The position numbers and the translations under genes are program-made. Under the pieces are notes generated by a model that saw only the letters and a list, made by a program, of their open reading frames with translations, searched no databases and was not told the origin of the DNA. A stretch of 64,000 bases of DNA from Candidatus Aminicenantes bacterium (GTDB lineage: Bacteria > Acidobacteriota > Aminicenantia > JAMOAD01), in contig JAMOUT010000075.1 in the NCBI GenBank assembly GCA_027061995.1, positions 92 to 64,091 of the forward strand, written 5' to 3'. Below are positions 29,862 to 38,106 of the stretch, one piece after another (position 1 is the stretch's first letter; each line of letters begins with the position of its first letter).

Positions 29862-31355
29862 TTATTCAACATAGCCTAATGATTTTATTTTCCGAATCTC
29901 TTTTTCCGAGGCTTTTTTCACGGTTGTTTTCCTTTTGATTTTCTTAAGCAGTTTGAATAAAATCCCTTTATATTTTCTTCTCAGAGATGTTCCCCTTAGT
30001 AAACTGTGAATCTCGTAAGGGTCATCAATTATGTTAAAGAATTCTTCAACACCGGTAGTCTTATAAATGTAATGATATCTTTTATCAATTATAGAATATT
30101 TATCACCTTTTTCATAAACAACATAATCCGGTATTTTTTTTAGCTGTTTTCTTGTTTTAAATACTTCCCTTTGTGCGAAGGAAAATGATTTATTGTATTT
30201 CTTGCCTGAGTTATAAATAAAGTGAATCAATGATTTCCCACTTAAAGTATCTTTTTCTTTATTATTCAGACTTAGAAGATCAATAATCGTAGGTAAAATA
30301 TCCGGATGTTCAACTACTTCGGTTATTTTCTTACCCATCTCTTTGTTGTTAAAATAGAAAATCAAAGGAATATGGATATGCTCCTTATATATATGTTTTG
30401 CATGAGTAAACCAATTATGATTGCCTAAACCTTCACCATGATCTCCGGTTATAATCCATAATGAATGTTTATTTAATCCTTTTTTTTCAAAATAAAAAAA
30501 AATTTCTCTTAAAACAGAATCCATATACATTATCTCTGCATCATAAAGATTAATCTGTTCATACATTATATCAATAGCACTCATTCCTTCATGTTTTAAA
30601 TCTCCCATCTCCTTAAAATATCTATTTTTCTCTCTATGTTTAAAAACTTCACCTTTGTAAACAAGGGGATTAATTCTATGTTCTTTTTCCCAAAAGTTTA
30701 TCATTTTCCTCTTATCTGTCAGGTTTTTAATCTTAGATAAAAAAATATTTGGAGGATAATAAGGTCTATGGGGATCAAACAGGTGAATCCAAATAAAGTG
30801 CTTATCTTTATTCTCTTTTTTTTTAAAACTTGAAAAATATTCCTTTATTTTCCGAAAAGTCAGTTTTGCATCTCTGTATTTTTTACCATATTTCTTTTTA
30901 ATCCTCGGGTCAATAGGTTCATTGTAAAAATCAAACCCTTGATATAAATTACATGCTCCAAACAAACCAACACTTGTAAAAGCATAAGTTTTAAACCCCT
31001 TTTCTTTTAAAATCTCAGCTATTGTTTGAAATCTCTCATCTAATTTAAACCAATTTTTCAAAACCCCGTGAATGCGAGGATAAAGCCCTGTGAAAATTGA
31101 TGAGTGAGCAGGGGCAGTCGAAGCAATGTTGGAGTAAGCATTATTAAAAATAATTCCTTCTTTAGCAAGATTATCAATGAATGGTGTTATTTTTCTTGGA
31201 TAACCATAGCAGCTTAAATGATCGGCTCTCAGAGTATCAATGGTTATTAAGAAGATATGATCTACCCTTATTTTCCCCCGTTTTTTTAACAAATAATAAG
31301 AAACAGATAACAATATTAATAATAGAGTGAAAAATAATAGTGTCTTTTTGTTCAT
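29862..31355 (-). CDS. Sulfatase-family (alkaline phosphatase superfamily) hydrolase/transferase, probably a phospho-substituent transferase rather than a true sulfatase
   Basis: A signal/TM segment is followed by ITIDTLRADHLSCYGYPR (the sulfatase metal site). The CxPxR formylglycine motif is absent (STAPAHSS instead). Confidence 0.55.
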   Translation of the reverse strand: MNKKTLLFFTLLLILLSVSYYLLKKRGKIRVDHIFLITIDTLRADHLSCYGYPRKITPFIDNLAKEGIIFNNAYSNIASTAPAHSSIFTGLYPRIHGVLKNWFKLDERFQTIAEILKEKGFKTYAFTSVGLFGACNLYQGFDFYNEPIDPRIKKKYGKKYRDAKLTFRKIKEYFSSFKKKENKDKHFIWIHLFDPHRPYYPPNIFLSKIKNLTDKRKMINFWEKEHRINPLVYKGEVFKHREKNRYFKEMGDLKHEGMSAIDIMYEQINLYDAEIMYMDSVLREIFFYFEKKGLNKHSLWIITGDHGEGLGNHNWFTHAKHIYKEHIHIPLIFYFNNKEMGKKITEVVEHPDILPTIIDLLSLNNKEKDTLSGKSLIHFIYNSGKKYNKSFSFAQREVFKTRKQLKKIPDYVVYEKGDKYSIIDKRYHYIYKTTGVEEFFNIIDDPYEIHSLLRGTSLRRKYKGILFKLLKKIKRKTTVKKASEKEIRKIKSLGYVE

Positions 31356-31398
31356 TTAAAATAGTCCTTCTTTGTCATAAACAGGTAATTTCTTGCCA

Positions 31399-32430
31399 TT
31401 AATTATTTTCTTTAAAAACATAATATTCTAAATACCATTCTACAAATTTTTTAATCCCTTCCTCAACTGATATAGAAGGTTTATAATTAAAATCTTTTAT
31501 TAGCTCCGATACATCTGCAAATGTCTTTGAAACATCCCCCGGCTGCATCGGTAAAAAATTCTTTTTTGCCTCTTTTCCCGTTATTTTTTCAATAGCTTTT
31601 ATGAAATCCATTAAACCCACGGGGCTACTGTTTCCGATATTATAGATTTTATAAATCTCTTTTTGTTTTTCTCCGTATCGGATTATCTTAAAAACCCCTT
31701 CGATTATATCATCTATATATGTAAAATCTCTTTCCATCTTGCCGTAATTATAGACATCAATTGGTTTATTCTCAGAAATCGCTTTGACAAATTTGAAAAG
31801 TGCCATGTCGGGTCTTCCCCATGGCCCGTAAACAGTAAAGAATCTTAATCCGGTTGTTTTTAAATCGAAGAGGTGACTGTAAGTATGCGCAAAAAGCTCG
31901 TCAGCTTTTTTTGTAGCTGCATAAAGTGATATGGGCTTATCAACATTATCGGTTTCCTTAAAAGGGATTTCTTTGTTTAAACCGTAAACCGACGAAGAGC
32001 TTGCATAAACAAGATGTTTAATATTATTTTTTTTACCGGCTTCAAGAATATTCATAAAACCCAAAATATTGCTGTTTATATATGAGTATGGATGAGTTAT
32101 GCTGTATCTGACCCCTGCCTGAGCCGCAAGATTGCAAACCATATCGAATTTTTCATTTTCAAAAAGGGAATCTACCTTTTCCTTATCTTCAAGATTAAGT
32201 TTAATAAATCTATAATTCTTGTATTTTGAGGATTTTATCAATTTGTCATATTCTATATTCTTCCTCTCTATACCACTCTCTTTCAATCTGCCGTATTTAA
32301 GCTCCACATCATAATAATCATTTATATTATCAAGACCAACTATCTCATAATTTTCAAGGGAAAGTCTTTTTACAAGATGAAAACCAATAAATCCTGCTGT
32401 TCCGGTGATTAAAATCTTATTTTTACTCAT
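31399..32430 (-). CDS. NAD-dependent epimerase, UDP-glucuronate 4-epimerase-like (CapI/Gla family)
   Basis: KILITGTAGFIGFHLVKRL...VGLDNINDYYDVELKYGRL is the characteristic N-terminus of the UDP-GlcA/GalA epimerase subgroup. Confidence 0.7.
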   Translation of the reverse strand: MSKNKILITGTAGFIGFHLVKRLSLENYEIVGLDNINDYYDVELKYGRLKESGIERKNIEYDKLIKSSKYKNYRFIKLNLEDKEKVDSLFENEKFDMVCNLAAQAGVRYSITHPYSYINSNILGFMNILEAGKKNNIKHLVYASSSSVYGLNKEIPFKETDNVDKPISLYAATKKADELFAHTYSHLFDLKTTGLRFFTVYGPWGRPDMALFKFVKAISENKPIDVYNYGKMERDFTYIDDIIEGVFKIIRYGEKQKEIYKIYNIGNSSPVGLMDFIKAIEKITGKEAKKNFLPMQPGDVSKTFADVSELIKDFNYKPSISVEEGIKKFVEWYLEYYVFKENN

Positions 32431-32602
32431 GTTCTATCTCCAAAATCATATAAGACAGGCTACCGCCCTTAACTTTTTTATTAATATTCATCTATTATCT
32501 TAATTAAAACCATAATAATTATAACAAATAATTATAACAATAATACCCTATTATGACAAGACTACTATATTCTCATACCCTAAAAATCGAATAATAAAAA
32601 CA

Positions 32603-32634
32603 AAAAAAGCCCTTCCGAAAGGAAGGGCTTTTTT
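32603..32634. terminator. Bidirectional rho-independent terminator (A-run, aagcccttcc-gaaa-ggaagggctt, T-run)
   Basis: A GC-rich 10-bp stem is flanked by A and T runs. It separates the family array from the glycan locus. Confidence 0.65.
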
Positions 32635-32653
32635 ATAAATTAATTTTTAGATC

Positions 32654-33793
32654 TTATCTTCTCCTCTTCATTTCTTTACCTTTAAGATTAATTTCCGTAG
32701 AAGCAAGGACTTCATGAGTTTCAGCATTCCTGTAAACAACCTTAAATCCTCCGATTCCGGGGCCAAGCTTCATGCCTGTATTTATTGTTACAAATCTCTT
32801 ATTAGTTCTCATCCCTAATCTTCTTTTCGCAATAAATCTTCCCGTTTCTCCCTTTAATACAAGACCTCTTTTTGTAATTTTCCCGATTGTTTTAATAGGC
32901 TCTTCTCCTCTATACAAAACTATTTCTATTTCGGCTCCACCTTTCGCTAATCTTTCTCTGAAAACAGGATTTTCAAATCTTTTAAGTTTATTAATTTCCA
33001 ATCTTAAGCATTGAGGACAATAGGGACCGGGCTGCGGACCATCAGGACCAAAAGGACCCCAAGGACCCCAACCTATAATTATGCGAGCATTTCTGAGTTT
33101 TTCTATAATCCACGGATCAATATGGATACCGTTATCACTGCAGTTATCACTAATTGTAAAAACATCGCCATTGTCATAGACAGCATTATCAACGGTTTTT
33201 ACTCTTACTACATAAGAACCATTGGGAATAGTGTTAGGAATTGTCCATGAGAAAGAACCGTCATTGGCAGTCGGATTTACTATGATAGTTTGCAAAGTAG
33301 TCAAATCAGTCTTATATAGCGTAATCTTAACACTATCATTCATGCTACCGCTCTTTGTCCATCTGATTGTGTGAGAACTTCCTTTCTCTAAACAATCTCC
33401 ACTACGCGGATCGGTTACCGTAATCGTGCCACCCGTCGGAGCAGATGTTGCGATATTGAAAACATCACTATCATCATAAACCTGATTATCAATTGTCTTT
33501 ACCCTGACAATATACTGACCGTTAGGAATGGAATTAGGAATTGTCCATGAGAAGGAACCATCATTAGCGGTCGGCCTAACTATTATCATTTGTAATGTCG
33601 TATGATCGGGTTTATACAGCGTAATTTTAACATTATTGTCCATACTACCGCTCTTTGTCCATCTGATAGTATATGTGCTTCCCTTGTGCCATGTTGAGCC
33701 CGAGTGGGGATTTGTTACTGTTATGCTTTGTGCATAACTCATTGCAGTTATGAAAACCGCAATCAATAAAAACAATAAAACTTTTTTCTTCAT
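32654..33793 (-). CDS. Secreted modular protein, family member 1: signal peptide, 2x Kre9/KNH-like ~90-aa domains, variable Gly/Pro-rich C-terminus
   Basis: The start is set at ATG 33793 after GGAGG. The signal peptide is MKKKVLLFLLIAVFITAMSYAQS. The repeats read ITVTNPHSGSTWHKGSTYTIRWTKSGSMDNNVKITLYKPDHTTLQMIIVRPTANDGSFSWTIPNSIPNGQYIVRVKT. Confidence 0.8.
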   Translation of the reverse strand: MKKKVLLFLLIAVFITAMSYAQSITVTNPHSGSTWHKGSTYTIRWTKSGSMDNNVKITLYKPDHTTLQMIIVRPTANDGSFSWTIPNSIPNGQYIVRVKTIDNQVYDDSDVFNIATSAPTGGTITVTDPRSGDCLEKGSSHTIRWTKSGSMNDSVKITLYKTDLTTLQTIIVNPTANDGSFSWTIPNTIPNGSYVVRVKTVDNAVYDNGDVFTISDNCSDNGIHIDPWIIEKLRNARIIIGWGPWGPFGPDGPQPGPYCPQCLRLEINKLKRFENPVFRERLAKGGAEIEIVLYRGEEPIKTIGKITKRGLVLKGETGRFIAKRRLGMRTNKRFVTINTGMKLGPGIGGFKVVYRNAETHEVLASTEINLKGKEMKRRR

Positions 33794-33828
33794 TTGAAAA
33801 CCTCCTTTAGTTTTTAATAAATAGTATA

Positions 33829-33845
33829 TGCATTTTTTGTGCCAT
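33829..33845 (-). promoter_or_regulatory. Sigma54-like -24/-12 element (minus strand reads TGGCACaaaaaaTGCA)
   Basis: The GG-N10-GC spacing is exact. It lies ~40 bp upstream of the start codon. The homologous element is conserved upstream of all family members. Confidence 0.45.
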
Positions 33846-33918
33846 AGCGCATTATTTAAGAAAACGGTTGATATCATTGCATTTTATTTTGTCCACCACT
33901 ATTCATCAAACAACCGAA

Positions 33919-33958
33919 CGACAGAATTGTCGGCCGGTTAGACAAAAATGTCGGCCGG
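33919..33958. promoter_or_regulatory. Tandem palindromic upstream sites (cGACAgaatTGTCggccgg / GACAaaaaTGTCggccgg), candidate enhancer/UAS
   Basis: A GACA-N4-TGTC dyad recurs upstream of every family member, 70-110 bp from the -24/-12 element. Confidence 0.45.
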
Positions 33959-34045
33959 TTTTAAAATTATTGACAAAAATGTTAATCTTCTCCGGAATTG
34001 TTTTCCCCTTTTGGCTATAATTATATTTGATTTCGCGTATTGATT

Positions 34046-34082
34046 TAAAAAAAAAGCCGCCTTTTCATCTGAAAAGGCGGCT
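34046..34082 (-). terminator. Rho-independent terminator of family member 2 (agccgccttttc-atct-gaaaaggcggct followed by a T-run on the minus strand)
   Basis: A 12-bp GC-rich stem is followed by a run of 9 T on the coding strand. Confidence 0.7.
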
Positions 34083-34103
34083 TATATATCTGATACGGTT
34101 TTT

Positions 34104-35621
34104 TTATTTCAGCATATCATTAATTGCTTTTCCACTTTTACTCATACTATTGTTATTCGGATTACAATCATCATTAGTTTTAAGATTATCAGCTCCTATA
34201 TCAGGGTCATATGTAAGATAAACTTTGAATGTGGGCGGAAACTCCCCTTCATTCGGAGAACTCGAATTCCAATCCATCTCATAGTTTATTGTGATAGTTT
34301 CTCCCGCTTTAAGATTCTGAAAATTTTTCGTTTTTAAGGGATGAGTAGGATCTCCCATATCCATAACTATCATCTGTTGGTTAGGGTGGCTTATGTAATC
34401 CGCATTGCCCACATTCTTAACTACCCCTGTAATTCTGACTTTCCCTCTGAATTGACTATACTTTCTTACTATACTAAATTTTATATCCACTACGGCAAGG
34501 TCAGGACACTTTTTAGTAAGCCTTGCATTTTGTAAAATCTTAGGGTTAATTGTAGTAATAAGTGAATTATTATAAACTCTTCCATGCTCCATACCTTTAA
34601 CTTTTAGTTCCTTTTCACCTATCGGGTTTTTACCGGAAAAAACCACCAATTTGTAACCGCGAGGATTCCTTCCCATCATTTCCTTTTGTTTAGGTGTTAA
34701 TCTTAAATCAAACATGCTCGGCATACTATTAAAAAAGACTCCTCCTCTTTTTACCATAGGTCTGAATACACCAAAATTATAAATGACCTCTCTTCCTTTC
34801 ATCAACTTTATAGTTACCGGCTGTTTAATGTTTGATTTCTCAAGAGCATTTTTAATACCACCGATTCCACGAATTCTGGGACCCGGTCCGTGCATGTAAA
34901 TAGCAAGTTCGGCAAGATTCAGGCTTGCACGAAAACGCCCGAAGTCAATAGAAGGAATTCCACTATCACAATTATTACTAATAGAAAAAATGTCACTATC
35001 ATCATATACGGTATTGTCAACTGTTTTTACTCTTACAACATAAGAACCTTCGGGAATAGAGTTCGGGACTACCCAAGTATAAGCACCATCATTGGCAGTC
35101 GGGTTTACTATGATAGTTTGTAAAGTAGTCAAATCAGTCTTATATAGCGTAATCTTAACACTATCATTCATACTACCGCTCTTTGTCCATGTGATCGTGT
35201 GAGAACTTCCTTTTTTCCAACAATCTCCACTATGCGGATCGGTTACCGTAATCGTGCCACCCGTCGGAGCAGGTGTTGCGATATTAAAAACAACACTATC
35301 ATCATAAACAGCATTGTCCATTGTCTTTACTCGGACAATATACTGGCCATCAGGAATGGAATTGGAAACCACCCACGAGAAAATGCCGTCATTAGCAGTC
35401 GGCCTAACTATTATCATTTGTAATGTCGTATGATCGGGTTTATACAGCGTAATTTTAACATTATTATCCATACTACCGCTCTTTGTCCAAGTGATATTAT
35501 AAGTGTTTCCCTTATACCATGTTGAACCCGAGTGGGGATTTGTAACGGTAATGCTTTGAGCATAACTAAAGGCAATCATAAAAACTGCAATTAAAAAAAT
35601 CATTAAAACTCTTTTCTTCAT
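34104..35621 (-). CDS. Secreted modular protein, family member 2: signal peptide, 2x Kre9/KNH-like domains, C-terminal CARDB-like domain
   Basis: MKKRVLMIFLIAVFMIAFSYAQS is followed by the same tandem domains. The C-terminal CPDLAVVDIKF...ITGVVKNVGNAD resembles CARDB. Confidence 0.8.
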   Translation of the reverse strand: MKKRVLMIFLIAVFMIAFSYAQSITVTNPHSGSTWYKGNTYNITWTKSGSMDNNVKITLYKPDHTTLQMIIVRPTANDGIFSWVVSNSIPDGQYIVRVKTMDNAVYDDSVVFNIATPAPTGGTITVTDPHSGDCWKKGSSHTITWTKSGSMNDSVKITLYKTDLTTLQTIIVNPTANDGAYTWVVPNSIPEGSYVVRVKTVDNTVYDDSDIFSISNNCDSGIPSIDFGRFRASLNLAELAIYMHGPGPRIRGIGGIKNALEKSNIKQPVTIKLMKGREVIYNFGVFRPMVKRGGVFFNSMPSMFDLRLTPKQKEMMGRNPRGYKLVVFSGKNPIGEKELKVKGMEHGRVYNNSLITTINPKILQNARLTKKCPDLAVVDIKFSIVRKYSQFRGKVRITGVVKNVGNADYISHPNQQMIVMDMGDPTHPLKTKNFQNLKAGETITINYEMDWNSSSPNEGEFPPTFKVYLTYDPDIGADNLKTNDDCNPNNNSMSKSGKAINDMLK

Positions 35622-35657
35622 TTGAAAACCTCCTATAGTTCCTTAATAAACAGTATA

Positions 35658-35674
35658 TACATTTTTTGTGCCAT
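35658..35674 (-). promoter_or_regulatory. Sigma54-like -24/-12 element (TGGCACaaaaaaTGTA)
   Basis: Paralogous to 33829-33845, with GT in place of GC at -12. Confidence 0.4.
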
Positions 35675-35750
35675 AGAGCATTATTTTAGAAAACGGTTGA
35701 TATCATTGCTTTTAATTTTGTTCTCCCTTATGCACTAAACGATGAATCGA

Positions 35751-35785
35751 CTAATATGTCGCCTAAACAGACAGAAATGTCAGTC
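35751..35785. promoter_or_regulatory. GACAgaaaTGTC dyad plus half-site, candidate UAS
   Basis: Same position relative to the promoter as in member 1. Confidence 0.4.
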
Positions 35786-35841
35786 AATTTTAAAATTATT
35801 TTCCCCTTTTGGATATGATTATGTTGCTTTAATATTGATTT

Positions 35842-35874
35842 AAAAAAGCCGCCTTTTCGTTGGAAAAGGCGGCT
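35842..35874 (-). terminator. Rho-independent terminator of family member 3 (agccgccttttc-gttg-gaaaaggcggct)
   Basis: The stem is nearly identical to the terminator at 34055-34082, so it was duplicated along with the gene. Confidence 0.7.
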
Positions 35875-35896
35875 CTATCTCTGAGACAGTTTTTAT

Positions 35897-37651
35897 TTAT
35901 TCAATAAAATCAAATACTGTGATATAGGTGCCTTCAACATTATGAGCCTTGATTGCTTTACTTGAAATAACATGGTTTTTATCTTTTATAACAAGCGCAT
36001 ACTTTATTAGCTTTCCGCACGGAGCTCTCTTAACCTTAACAACATATTTGTTGCTATACGGATAATAACAGGTAGAATTCATCATCTTTTTGTTTATGGG
36101 AATCTCTTTCAATCTTTCCCATGTTTTTGTTTTTTCTCTGTAATATTTAATATATGCTTCTTCGGCTCCGACAAAATCATACAGGAATGCAACCGTTCCT
36201 TCATTATGGTAAGTCACTCCTGTTTCAACTTTTTTTGTTTGATCGACGATTTTAAAACTTTTGATATAAGGTTTGCGTTTAACCCAAAGAATTGAATAAG
36301 AATTATTGTCTTTTCCTATTGATTCCATTTCGATTGTTATATCTCTGTATTTATCATGAATTTGAAAGGAACCTATGCTTGAGTCTTTTTTACTATCATA
36401 TGTTACCCAATTCTTTTTAGTTTTAGTATCATATATTTTACCCCTTACAGCATCAACAAAATTATAATAGATTAAAGGTGGAATTTGTCCGCAATTCACC
36501 CAAACAGTTTTATTTTTGGTATCTTTAAAAAAAAGTTTTGATTTTATATTTATATCTCCTCGCTTAACCTTTAAGTTTAACAAAGCCTTATTGTTATCTT
36601 CGTTCGCTTCGTCAATCAATCTGCTTGAATCAACCATAACCTGAAGAGTATAATAACCGGCTTTAGTATATTTAATATTGTTTAACCTGATAACAATTTG
36701 CTCATTCCTTTTTAAACCATATTTCACAAATCCTTTTGATATGCTATTGTCATTATTATAAGCATAGGTTTTAAAAAATTTATCTGCCGGAATATCATTC
36801 CCGATATTCTTTATTGTTACTTTAATGGAAAAAGGTCTGTTTGAATACAAGGTGGAAGGCTCTGTTTCAACTTTTATAATTTTAAGATCAGGTTTGTATT
36901 CCATGAATTTTTGCAATGGCTCCGCGAGAGTATTATTATATGTTTTTAATGTTGCAGTTTCCGGTTGATTATAATTGTCTTTGATAAAATCTGTCAAAGA
37001 ACTTCTTTTAATTGTAAAAACAGCACTATCATCATATACCTTGTTATTCATCGTTTTCACTCGGATAATATACTGTCCATCAGGTATGGAATTAGGAATT
37101 GTCCATGAGAAGGAACCATCATTGACGGTCGGCCTAACTATTATCATTTGTAATGTCGTATGATCGGGTTTATACAGCGTAATTTTAACATTATTGTCCA
37201 TGCTACCGCTCTTTGTCCATCTGATTGTGTGAGAACTTCCTTTCTCTAAACAATCTCCACTATGCGGATCGGTTACCGTAATCGTGCCACCCGTCGGAGC
37301 AGGTGTTGCGATATTAAAAACAACACTATCATCATAAACCTGATTATCAATTGTCTTTACCCTGACAATATACTGACCGTTAGGAATGGAATTAGGAATT
37401 GTCCATGAGAAGGAACCATCATTAGCGGTCGGCCTAACTATTATCATTTGTAATGTCGTATGATCGGGTTTATACAGCGTAATTTTAACATTATTGTCCA
37501 TACTACCGCTCTTTGTCCATCCGATAGTATATGTGCTTCCCTTGTGCCATGTCGAGCCCGAGTGGGGATTTGTAACGGTAATGCTTTGGGCATAACTAAA
37601 GGCAATCATAAAAACTGCAATTAACAATAACATTAATACTTTTCTTTTCAC
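35897..37651 (-). CDS. Secreted modular protein, family member 3: signal peptide, 2x Kre9/KNH-like domains, long variable C-terminus with CARDB-like segment
   Basis: MKRKVLMLLLIAVFMIAFSYAQS is the signal peptide (GTG start). KPDLKIIKVETEPSTLYSNRPFSIKVTIKNIGN is CARDB-like. The protein is 584 aa. Confidence 0.8.
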   Translation of the reverse strand: MKRKVLMLLLIAVFMIAFSYAQSITVTNPHSGSTWHKGSTYTIGWTKSGSMDNNVKITLYKPDHTTLQMIIVRPTANDGSFSWTIPNSIPNGQYIVRVKTIDNQVYDDSVVFNIATPAPTGGTITVTDPHSGDCLEKGSSHTIRWTKSGSMDNNVKITLYKPDHTTLQMIIVRPTVNDGSFSWTIPNSIPDGQYIIRVKTMNNKVYDDSAVFTIKRSSLTDFIKDNYNQPETATLKTYNNTLAEPLQKFMEYKPDLKIIKVETEPSTLYSNRPFSIKVTIKNIGNDIPADKFFKTYAYNNDNSISKGFVKYGLKRNEQIVIRLNNIKYTKAGYYTLQVMVDSSRLIDEANEDNNKALLNLKVKRGDINIKSKLFFKDTKNKTVWVNCGQIPPLIYYNFVDAVRGKIYDTKTKKNWVTYDSKKDSSIGSFQIHDKYRDITIEMESIGKDNNSYSILWVKRKPYIKSFKIVDQTKKVETGVTYHNEGTVAFLYDFVGAEEAYIKYYREKTKTWERLKEIPINKKMMNSTCYYPYSNKYVVKVKRAPCGKLIKYALVIKDKNHVISSKAIKAHNVEGTYITVFDFIE

Positions 37652-37687
37652 TCTTAATTCCTCCTTTAATTTTAATAAAAAAAATAT

Positions 37688-37703
37688 TCAATTTTTATAC
37701 CAA
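37688..37703 (-). promoter_or_regulatory. Sigma54-like element (TGGTATaaaaaTTGA)
   Basis: Conserved position. The region 37652-37710 is identical to 42305-42362. Confidence 0.35.
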
Positions 37704-37775
37704 AACATATTCTTCGGAAAAATATTTAACCGCCTCGTTCTTTATAAAAAAACAAAATACTACCTTAAATAGATT

Positions 37776-37810
37776 GACGACAATATTGTCTTATTAAAAA
37801 CAATTTTGTC
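37776..37810. promoter_or_regulatory. GACgACAATATTGTC palindrome plus ACAATTTTGTC, candidate UAS
   Basis: A perfect 12-bp dyad GACAATATTGTC is present. Confidence 0.45.
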
Positions 37811-38042
37811 TATAATCTATACAAAGGTGTTGGCATTTGTTTTGTTCCTTATGATTTTCCCCTTTTTATTTTATCTTTGATACATCCGTCTCGGTTTTTT
37901 AATATATTAAAAAGAATCATAATAAGAATATTATATTTACCCGTCTCATTCTCTTATGAATTTAATATTTCACAAAGAGTAAATAAAATATGACAAAAAA
38001 TTCTCTGAAACATCATTATTATTTTTATCTTACCCCGCCAGT

Positions 38043-38078
38043 AAAAAAAAAGAGGGCAAACTTCGTTTGCCCTCTTTT
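38043..38078. terminator. Bidirectional rho-independent terminator (aaagagggcaaac-ttcg-tttgccctcttt)
   Basis: A 13-bp stem is flanked by A-run and T-run, downstream of family member 4. Confidence 0.7.
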
Positions 38079-38106
38079 TATATCTTCGTTTTGTTATTAT
38101 TTCCTA

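Noticed and set aside
29862-31355. Annotating as arylsulfatase that removes sulfate from the glycan
   Set aside because: The catalytic C/S-x-P-x-R formylglycine motif is missing, so a transferase of the same fold is more plausible.
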